From Myxococcota bacterium (GTDB lineage Bacteria > Myxococcota_A > Bradymonadia > UBA4248): 64,000 nt of DNA. The stretch lies in the NCBI GenBank assembly GCA_045599585.1, contig JAZRWH010000049.1:1510-65509 (forward strand), given 5' to 3'. Below are positions 56,692 to 64,000 of this stretch, one piece after another (the stretch's first letter is position 1; each line of letters starts with the position of its first letter). Below the pieces are notes generated by a model, which worked only from the letters and a program-made list of their open reading frames with translations, made no database searches and had not been told where the DNA came from. Position numbers and translations under genes: made by a program.

Positions 56692-58623
56692 TTAAAATTC
56701 CAAACCAAGACCTATTTGGAACGTTGCATTTTCGGTAAGGTCGAAAGCACCGCCTGCATAGAAATTGTTAATATTGGCATACATATATTCGGCAAAGAGG
56801 TATGAGTTATTAACGCCCCATTCGACATCAAAAGCCTTAGCCATACTTGGAGAGATCCAGTCGAGGACAAAAGCGAGTCCTGCAACGGCATGGAAGCCAA
56901 AAGTGCCACCGTAACCTTTTTTGCCACCGGCCGAGGGGATATCACCGGAAGCATTTTCGACGAACCAAATATAATAATCAAAGCCACCTTTTACATAAAT
57001 CGTAAGAGGGACATTGAATCGCTGCCAAAGGTAGTCGAAGCGGTAAACGAGCGAGAGGCGGAAAGGGAGCCAATGAATGGAAGTTTCATCGACAGTGGTA
57101 TTACCGTCGTTATCGATCGCCTTACCGGTAATATTGCCGTAGCCGAAATGAAAGCCCAAGCCCAGTGAGCCGACGCCGCGCCAAAACTGCCAATCGTATT
57201 CGCCTTCGAGGAGGAAGCCAGAATTATCGGAGAAGTGTTTTTTAAAAGCGCTTCCGAGTTTATCAGGCGTATAGGGACCAGCTTTTAATTCGACCATCAT
57301 ATTGACGGGCGATTCGTCGTCCGAATCGAGCGCGAAGGCATCGGAGGGGGCAGTCACACAGAGTGCAGAAGCGAGCAGTACAGCGGCGGCGGTAGATTTA
57401 GAGGCCAACGCTATTTTTTTTTGTCTTTTTCTGCGAATGAGCATGGCGATGCCGAAGCAGAAGAGGAGGAAGATGCCCGCGAGGACAACTGGAGCGTTAA
57501 GCGCAAGATAAGCCATGCCATAGACAGGCCAGAGGAGCGTACGCGTAATGGCGCGGGCCGTCGGGTGTTGTCCGATGAAGTGCGCGAGTGGCGGACTTAA
57601 GCGATAATAGGTATCGACGAATGCGCGGCCAGGGGCATTCGTAAGGAGGATATTGTCGCGGAACTTGCGCAGGAGCGCGACGTGGGGTTCTTGTGTTGAT
57701 CCCCAAGCAGCGGTTGCAATGAAGCAGAAACCACCATCAACGTCTGCATTCTCAGCCCGATACGTTTCCCAGAAATCGTTACTTGAGAGTGTCGTGACGT
57801 CAACGACAGGCCCCATAAGACTTTCGTTGCCCACAGAATCGACAGCTGTAATACCGATTTTGTAGTCAGTTTCTTCGTCAATATGGTCTTTGAGGGTCGC
57901 ACTTGTTTTAGAGATGCTCATGGTATCAGCATTGACATCTTCTGGCGCCTGACCTTGAGCCATCGCAACAGAGGTATCGGAAGTATAATAGATATTATAC
58001 GAAGCAGCGCTATCCACAGCATCCCAAGAAAGTTCGATAGAGCTTCCGCCAGGTTCGGCCGAAAGTGAGCTCGGAGCAGCCGGACGTTTTGTACGGAAAT
58101 CGAGGACATACGTCACATTATAAATATTCTCGGAGAGAGCCGACGAATCATTGACGATCAGATAGATGTAGGATGTCTCAGCCAAGTTCTCGCACATATC
58201 AGCCGAAGTCGCGGAACTGAGCTTAGAGGCCTTTAGTTTTACCGTAATCGGGCCTGTAGAAGCGCTCAAGGGCTGATTATTTACAATATTTTCGCATTCT
58301 TCAGACGAATCGCGCTCTAATTTTTTATTTGAACAAGCTTGAGATCCATTTGCGAATTTCACAGAAAATTTAGCTGATGAAGAGAGCTTGTTCGTCTTAT
58401 CGAGCGTATAGACAAAACTCACTTCTCCCGTGGAGATATCGAAGAGATCTTCACATCGTCTGACGTTAAAAACGAGCGTTTTGTCAGCATCATAAGCTGA
58501 AGTATTCAACGAACTCGTGAGCGACCAATCAGACTCGCTTGTATTAGCCTGAGCAGCTGTGGGGAGCCCAAGCCCGAGAATAAGGGCGGCCATAGCGCCC
58601 ATTCTGGAGAACATAAACTTCAT
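56692..58623 (-). CDS. chimeric surface protein: signal peptide, beta-rich region, FN3, CFIATAA-box with TM and basic anchor, joined in frame to a second signal peptide and an OM beta-barrel module
   Basis: ATG 58623 overlaps the asd stop (TAATG). [28 protein letters not shown]3-like [50 protein letters not shown] box, TM helix, RRKRQKK. Then [25 protein letters not shown] and a module ending FQIGLGLEF. An A9 run sits at the junction (57414-57422). Confidence 0.8.
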   Translation of the reverse strand: MKFMFSRMGAMAALILGLGLPTAAQANTSESDWSLTSSLNTSAYDADKTLVFNVRRCEDLFDISTGEVSFVYTLDKTNKLSSSAKFSVKFANGSQACSNKKLERDSSEECENIVNNQPLSASTGPITVKLKASKLSSATSADMCENLAETSYIYLIVNDSSALSENIYNVTYVLDFRTKRPAAPSSLSAEPGGSSIELSWDAVDSAASYNIYYTSDTSVAMAQGQAPEDVNADTMSISKTSATLKDHIDEETDYKIGITAVDSVGNESLMGPVVDVTTLSSNDFWETYRAENADVDGGFCFIATAAWGSTQEPHVALLRKFRDNILLTNAPGRAFVDTYYRLSPPLAHFIGQHPTARAITRTLLWPVYGMAYLALNAPVVLAGIFLLFCFGIAMLIRRKRQKKIALASKSTAAAVLLASALCVTAPSDAFALDSDDESPVNMMVELKAGPYTPDKLGSAFKKHFSDNSGFLLEGEYDWQFWRGVGSLGLGFHFGYGNITGKAIDNDGNTTVDETSIHWLPFRLSLVYRFDYLWQRFNVPLTIYVKGGFDYYIWFVENASGDIPSAGGKKGYGGTFGFHAVAGLAFVLDWISPSMAKAFDVEWGVNNSYLFAEYMYANINNFYAGGAFDLTENATFQIGLGLEF

Positions 58624-59648
58624 TAATCCATCCTTGCATGGTTCCAAGCCGCGCAGGCAATCTGCACAGCGTTTAGCGCAGCACCTTTTAACAGGTTATC
58701 GCTCACAACCCAAAAGATTAGACCTTGCTCGACCGGATCTTTTCGAATTCGACCGACGAGCGTCTGAAACAAGCCTTCCGCCTGTACACTGGTGGGATAA
58801 GCTGACGGATCTGCGATATCCGTGACGCAAAGGCCATCCATTTGATTCAATATTGTTTGCGCCTCTGCGACAGAAATATCTTTTTGCGTTGAGACATGAA
58901 CGACTTCACTATGGCTTCTCATCACGGGAACGCGCACACACGTTGCGCTCACAGGAAGATCGGGTCTGCCTAGTATTTTTTTTGTCTCATTCATCATTTT
59001 GTGTTCTTCTTCAGTGAAACCATCTTCTGTAAGCGGTCCAATCTGAGGAACAACATCAAAAGCGATTGTACGAGCATGAACTGCTGATTTTTCTGGACGT
59101 TTGCCGTCGAGTGTCTGACGCGTTTCATTCAACAACGCATCCATGCCTTTTTGTCCTGCACCACTACATGACTGATAAGTCGCCACGCGGACAGAACGAA
59201 TGCCTACGGCCCTATCCAAAGCAGCCAGCGCCAACACCATCTGAATGGTTGAACAGTTTGGATTGGCGATGATCCGCGGACTCAAATCGATCAGCTCTCC
59301 GTTGACTTCGGGAACGACCAACGCTTTGTCGGCATCCATGCGATAAGCCGAAGTATTATCGATGACGAGCGCCCCTGCCTCTACGGCTTTTGGTGCCAAC
59401 GCAAGAGACACTGATTTTCCTGCACTGAACAAAGCAATGTCTACGCCCTCAAAGCTGTACAATGCGGCATCCTGAACAGTTTTTGCCCCCCACGGCGTGT
59501 CGATCAATTTACCGGCCGAACGACTTGAAGCAACCAAATCAAGTTCGCCAACCGGAAATTTCAGCGCATCAAGGCAATGTATCATCTCGCGACCTACGGC
59601 ACCCGTTGCACCGACGACTGCGACATGAGCTTTCTCAGACTTCTTCAT
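58623..59648 (-). CDS. asd: aspartate-semialdehyde dehydrogenase
   Basis: [17 protein letters not shown](P) site. Active-site NPNCSTIQM. 341 aa. Confidence 0.93.
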   Translation of the reverse strand: MKKSEKAHVAVVGATGAVGREMIHCLDALKFPVGELDLVASSRSAGKLIDTPWGAKTVQDAALYSFEGVDIALFSAGKSVSLALAPKAVEAGALVIDNTSAYRMDADKALVVPEVNGELIDLSPRIIANPNCSTIQMVLALAALDRAVGIRSVRVATYQSCSGAGQKGMDALLNETRQTLDGKRPEKSAVHARTIAFDVVPQIGPLTEDGFTEEEHKMMNETKKILGRPDLPVSATCVRVPVMRSHSEVVHVSTQKDISVAEAQTILNQMDGLCVTDIADPSAYPTSVQAEGLFQTLVGRIRKDPVEQGLIFWVVSDNLLKGAALNAVQIACAAWNHARMD

Positions 59649-59802
59649 GAAAAAAAACTCCCTAAAATCCCCCGGCCCAATCTTTCGTTATTACCACGTC
59701 AGAGGCACAGTTGCACTTATTTCAGTGTTTTAAACCAAAGAATTATTGCGTCTATTTCACCTAAATGCTTCAAGATCGGGTCCTGTGCCCCATTTTATCA
59801 AA

Positions 59803-59942
59803 GGGGGAAGTCTCCCCCTGAGCGGCTATCATCAACGCATGAGCAAACAAGGTTGCTTTTAGCATCCAAGAAAACAATAAATGCGACCCTTTCCGACCGT
59901 TCGAATGCACTGAACGCGCTGATGATACGCCGCTACCCCCTC
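59803..59942 (+). repeat. REP-like composite element, type A, long-loop variant
   Basis: GGGGGAAGTCTCCCCCTGAGCGGCTAT (59803-59829), 95-bp insert whose ends pair (CATCA..CGC / GCG..TGATG), ATACGCCGCTACCCCCTC (59925-59942). Confidence 0.85.
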
Positions 59943-59994
59943 TTCGCCGCAGCGCTTCAAACACATTGTTTGGCCTGAATGATCATCTCAAAAA

Positions 59995-60034
59995 CAAAAA
60001 AACGGCAGCACTCCATCCTCATGAAGTACTGCCG
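59995..60034 (-). terminator. intrinsic terminator after the 60051..60656 gene
   Basis: Minus strand reads CGGCAG-20 nt-CTGCCG followed by T7. Confidence 0.65.
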
Positions 60035-60050
60035 CTAAAAAAGAAGATGA

Positions 60051-60656
60051 TTAACCGAGCGTATATGCTGCAACCATATCCGAATCCATAGACCAATCAC
60101 CATCCAGTTTCTGATTCAAAATAATGACCAGTTTTTTGCTGTCAGGCGTCCAATAAGCACTCTTAATGCTTACAGCTGCAACTTTTTTCTTTGAAGGACT
60201 CGTAAACAACGCCGCATAACCTAACGTCATGCTCTGTCCACCAGCAGAAAGCGTCAGCTGAAGATTCTCACCGATTACCATTCCGCCTAACTGCCAACCA
60301 ACAGGAGAAACCATACCTTCGTGATGGCCACCACGAATGCCATAGGGCGCAACTTCTTTAGAAGCAAGTGCTTTGTCAAGCGATACGCCTTTCAACGGGT
60401 AGACCAAAACAGGACCTTGGCCACCGACCTTATAGATGACAAGCGATTTGCCAGCGAGCTGGCTACCTTGAACGATTGCATAAAAATCAGGATTAACGCC
60501 AAAACCGACAAAATCCATCGTAATTTTGTCTGTATCCTGAGCCTGAGCCTCCATCGGAGCCATGGTCACACCAGAAATCGCAGCACCTACAAAACAGACA
60601 GCGGCACCAAGGGCGAACAGAGAACGAGAAAGGATTTGACGCATATTGTTCTTCAT
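60051..60656 (-). CDS. secreted protein of unknown function (201 aa)
   Basis: AGGAGG SD upstream of ATG 60656. Signal peptide ...VTMAPMEAQA. The ORF-track extension to 60737 is not supported. Confidence 0.8.
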   Translation of the reverse strand: MKNNMRQILSRSLFALGAAVCFVGAAISGVTMAPMEAQAQDTDKITMDFVGFGVNPDFYAIVQGSQLAGKSLVIYKVGGQGPVLVYPLKGVSLDKALASKEVAPYGIRGGHHEGMVSPVGWQLGGMVIGENLQLTLSAGGQSMTLGYAALFTSPSKKKVAAVSIKSAYWTPDSKKLVIILNQKLDGDWSMDSDMVAAYTLG

Positions 60657-60759
60657 ACCAGAACCTCCTATAGAATCGATAAGCAGAATTTCGACCTGTC
60701 TGCCAAGAGCAGAAAACGCACTCAATGATGCATGCAATCAGCAGACCAACTTCGATAAT

Positions 60760-63651
60760 TTAGTTAATGAATACCTTTTGATCGACTGTCGCCTCTCCAG
60801 GACCAAAATTCCACATATCTTTTTTGGACTCAAGACATTTGACAAGCTCGCCCGTGCTTTCTGTTGGGGTTACCGTAAAACTATCGACAGCACCGTCAGC
60901 CTTAATTTTAAGGGTTACATAGAACTTATCGACCTGTAAACTACCCGTCTTTTTGAGGCGTTTTTGACAAGCAACGATCGTAGGTTGGACTTTTTTCCAT
61001 CCAGCAACCATTCTATCCGGTGCATCTGCCGCAGACGCTTTGTTCATTCCCTGGTATTTAGATCCAGCAACAGCTTCTAAAGCTGAATTATCTTCAACAG
61101 CTCTACCAAGATCAGCAGATTTTCTGCCATCCGCTCGAATAACAGGCACGGTTGGCGCTGCTGCAACAGCCGATTCTTCAGAATTTGCCGCATCATCTAC
61201 GGTATTTGCTGCATTCGCCTGATTCGCAGCTTTACGAGCGGAAGAATCACTGCCGCCGCGATGACGAACTTTTTCAGCCCCAGAACCGCCGATAATCTCA
61301 ACTTCGCCTATTTCATCTGAGTCATTCACAAGGGTATCACTGCCAACGGATCTTCCCTGAACCGTGCCAAAACCTGCATTTAGCTTGCTCATGTCACTAT
61401 CTTCAGGCTTCTGCTGTGCCCAAATCGTCACGCAAATGACAATCACAGCAAAAACGAGAGCCACAACGCCAATGATCGCAAATTTCGTCATATTGCGTTT
61501 CTTCGTGTCTGCCTTTTCTACGTCACGAAGCATGGAAAGTTCAATCAGCATCGAAGCTTCGCTGGGACCATCTGGATTGGCATTCTCCTGATAATCGATT
61601 TTATCGATTTCTTCACTGGCTTTGGCCAATTCTTCCTGACGCTTCATCAATTCATCGAAGCGCGTTGAACGACGTGCCACTGCAGATTCAGCTTGCGAGG
61701 ACTCGGCACACAAACTATCAGAATCAGCAAGTCCTTCTGGCGCATCTGCATTGGATTCCACAAGATCATTCACAAGTCCTTGCGGGAGGAGGCAAGAGGC
61801 TTCATCGTCCAAGTCGATCGCTCCCATATCAAGATCGATCTCCTGAACACTCTCATCGCCAACAACAGCTTCTGCACTGGCCTGGTCATTAGCAGCATCC
61901 ACTTTGTCAATCGCAGGGAGCTGCTCCATCGAATCCCCATCATCGAGATCAATGTTGCCAAGTTCAAGCGCGCCTTCAGCAGCCACAGATGTACTGAGAG
62001 AAACTTTTTGAGCTGCAACCGGCAGAATTGACTGATCAAGATCAAGATCAATGTGAGGCAAACCCATTGAAGAATCCGCATCTTCGTCAAGATCAATGTC
62101 AGCCAAAACATCATCTTTCGCAAGAACCGAAGAAATGCTCTTGTTCAAACCACTCACGGCCTGCTGAGAAGCAGTCGAAGTAATACCTTGTCCCGTCGGA
62201 AGATCGCTTAACGCAATGCCGTCGACTTTCGAATCCAAACGAAAATCTGTCTCTGATGGCAGCCAATTACTGATGCTATCTGCGCGTTCCGCCCCATCCC
62301 CCGGAAGAAGCGCCTCAGCATCAGGAAGTTTAAGTGCTTCGGCCAGATCTTCTTTGCTGTCTAAAAGCATATCGTCGTCCAACGACGACTCTGCTTTCGA
62401 GGACGAGATAGCTACGTCTGCTTTCGGTAGCGCACTACCCGACTCTTTTTTCAAAGCACCCAACTCTGCTTTTAAACCGGCAAGGCCTGTCGGTTTGCTG
62501 ATCGCGCCCAATTTGCTCTCTTGCACTTGTTGAGCATTGGTCACATTTGAGGATCCAAGCGTACTCTTAAGCGGACTCGCGATCGAAGGAACAGACGATG
62601 ATATCGGCTTTCCAAAAAGTGAAGCCCCTGCAACTGATTTACCACCAAAAGCTGGCTGTTTCAGACCTCCGCCTAAAAGTGAACCAGGCTTTACGCTAGG
62701 ATTAGCACTGCTACTTGGAGCGCCTGACTTGCCGCCAAACAAGCTCGAAATTCCAGGTACGGCATTGGATGACGTCTTAAACGATGAGATTGGCTTCGCC
62801 CCGCCATCTGATATCGGCTTGAGTGTACTCAAACTTGGGAAGGGTTTAGACAACACTTCTTGCTTACCGCCCGCCGTTTCTTTTCGCAGATCGGGAATCG
62901 CATCCAGCGACTGAAACGACAACAACGGTGATGATTCGCGTACTCGCGTGCTGTCCTCGCCTTCTTCATCCGCTGATTCTGGTTGATCTTGGACACCATC
63001 ACGTCGCGCGTTCGTCACAAGATCGTCTATCGCGGGCATCGCCTGATGTGTCGGAACTTCGTCGTTAAGCGCAGCTGTGTTGGTGAGCGTCTGCGCTCTA
63101 GAATCAAGACGGGCCCCCGCTTCATCTCTTTTTTCATCCAAGGATGAAGACTCAAGAAGACGCGCCTTGAGGGATCCCACGTCTGGAGACACTTTTTTCG
63201 CGGATGTGCTCGACATACTAACCGGTTTTTGCGAACGCACAGGAACAACGGGCGCTGCCGGAACTGATGGCTGCGCTGCCGATGCAAATGGTTCAATATC
63301 CACGAGCGGTTTCCAACTGCCCAATGATTTGCTCCATACATAACAATCTTTGGCGATCGGACTTACCGTCGGAGACTGAATCTTCGCGATCAACTCGTCT
63401 TGCGTATAAGGGCCAAAACTCTCACCATTATACGAATAATACCACCCCGGCGTCTCTTTCTGCGTCTTCTTGGGCATACTCATTGCCGATGCTCTCCACT
63501 TGCCAAGCGTTGAGCTGCTCGATGAATCTTCATCTACCCGCATGGTGATCACTTCACCACATTTTCGACACGTCATGCGCACCGTTTTCCTGACGATCTT
63601 CTCATCAGGAATATAGTACGTCGCCTGACACTTTTCACAGACTATCTTCAT
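60760..63651 (-). CDS. MJ0042-type zinc ribbon, GYF domain, long disordered region, TM helix and AgmX/PglI-like C-terminal domain (963 aa)
   Basis: MKIVCEKCQATYYIPDEK...MTCRKCGEVI (CxxC..CxxC). GWYYSYNGESFGPYTQDEL...WSKSLGSWKPL (GYF-like). TM helix FAIIGVVALVFAVIVICVTIW. The C-terminal ~90 aa resemble the myxobacterial AgmX/PglI tail (recalled). Confidence 0.88.
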   Translation of the reverse strand: MKIVCEKCQATYYIPDEKIVRKTVRMTCRKCGEVITMRVDEDSSSSSTLGKWRASAMSMPKKTQKETPGWYYSYNGESFGPYTQDELIAKIQSPTVSPIAKDCYVWSKSLGSWKPLVDIEPFASAAQPSVPAAPVVPVRSQKPVSMSSTSAKKVSPDVGSLKARLLESSSLDEKRDEAGARLDSRAQTLTNTAALNDEVPTHQAMPAIDDLVTNARRDGVQDQPESADEEGEDSTRVRESSPLLSFQSLDAIPDLRKETAGGKQEVLSKPFPSLSTLKPISDGGAKPISSFKTSSNAVPGISSLFGGKSGAPSSSANPSVKPGSLLGGGLKQPAFGGKSVAGASLFGKPISSSVPSIASPLKSTLGSSNVTNAQQVQESKLGAISKPTGLAGLKAELGALKKESGSALPKADVAISSSKAESSLDDDMLLDSKEDLAEALKLPDAEALLPGDGAERADSISNWLPSETDFRLDSKVDGIALSDLPTGQGITSTASQQAVSGLNKSISSVLAKDDVLADIDLDEDADSSMGLPHIDLDLDQSILPVAAQKVSLSTSVAAEGALELGNIDLDDGDSMEQLPAIDKVDAANDQASAEAVVGDESVQEIDLDMGAIDLDDEASCLLPQGLVNDLVESNADAPEGLADSDSLCAESSQAESAVARRSTRFDELMKRQEELAKASEEIDKIDYQENANPDGPSEASMLIELSMLRDVEKADTKKRNMTKFAIIGVVALVFAVIVICVTIWAQQKPEDSDMSKLNAGFGTVQGRSVGSDTLVNDSDEIGEVEIIGGSGAEKVRHRGGSDSSARKAANQANAANTVDDAANSEESAVAAAPTVPVIRADGRKSADLGRAVEDNSALEAVAGSKYQGMNKASAADAPDRMVAGWKKVQPTIVACQKRLKKTGSLQVDKFYVTLKIKADGAVDSFTVTPTESTGELVKCLESKKDMWNFGPGEATVDQKVFIN

Positions 63652-63866
63652 GGATCACACCATAAATCTATCGCATTTCGGCTCGTTACGCCGGTTTGCA
63701 TTATTATTTATCCTTTTGATCTTTATAAGACCAAAATGCCGACTTTGCTCTATCATACTTTAAAATTTTTCTCAACTTTCTTAATACATGCCATTTTCTA
63801 AACAATCCTTATCAAATCTTTTCCTGCTTCCTTCTTTTATAATATCTTTTTTTTATTGTTCTGTTT

Positions 63867-63932
63867 GCGGCCGCTATTGCCTTGGCAATACGCGGCACGC
63901 CCGTCGGCTATTGCCTTCGGCATACGCCGACG
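63867..63932 (+). repeat. two tandem type B hairpins, forward
   Basis: GCCGCTATTGCC-TT-GGCAATACGCGGC and CGTCGGCTATTGCC-TTC-GGCATACGCCGACG. Confidence 0.85.
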
Positions 63933-64000
63933 CTTTTCGAATGGCTATCACCCCAAACCATTTTTCTATATATTCTAACTTATATATCAATAATTATGAT

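Noticed and set aside
1-64000. tRNA, rRNA, tmRNA and RNase P genes
   Set aside because: Scanning the intergenic regions showed no GGTTCGAATCC-type T-arms, rRNA-like conserved blocks or tmRNA tag-coding sequence.

Overview
Chromosomal window from a Gram-negative, AT-leaning bacterium. The domain repertoire includes Myxococcus-type cysteine-rich repeats, a fibro-slime domain, an MJ0042-type zinc ribbon with a GYF domain and an AgmX-like tail, and MORN-variant repeats. This points to Fibrobacterota or a Myxococcota/Bdellovibrionota-like lineage, but I cannot decide from sequence alone. I support 34 protein-coding genes, one of them partial at the left edge. Housekeeping genes are clpS-clpA, mutS, sbcD-sbcC, asd, tatA and mtaB. 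Others include a Hanks Ser/Thr kinase, a DUF58-transglutaminase-MoxR module, an ACE-like M2 peptidase, two radical-SAM enzymes and a glycosyltransferase/phosphoglycosyl-transferase fusion. There is an unusually dense set of secreted, lipoprotein and Cys-rich repeat proteins, and a 2,132-aa orphan giant protein. I found no rRNA, tRNA or CRISPR array. Four things stand out. (1) A REP/BIME-like family of at least 23 intergenic hairpins is built around an invariant CTAT...ATAC(G) core with a bulged C; the inner stems co-vary, and nine copies carry an extra G5/C5 module. (2) Two copies of a 0.4-kb non-coding MITE have 14-bp terminal inverted repeats and perfect 9-bp target-site duplications; the arms are conserved and the structured central modules differ. 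(3) One surface-protein ORF reads as two complete proteins joined at an A9 homopolymer: the first ends in a C-terminal anchor, the second begins with its own signal peptide and ends in an OM beta-barrel. (4) The giant ORF has no signal peptide and no recognisable family. All family assignments rest on motifs read by eye and recalled family signatures; no database search was run.
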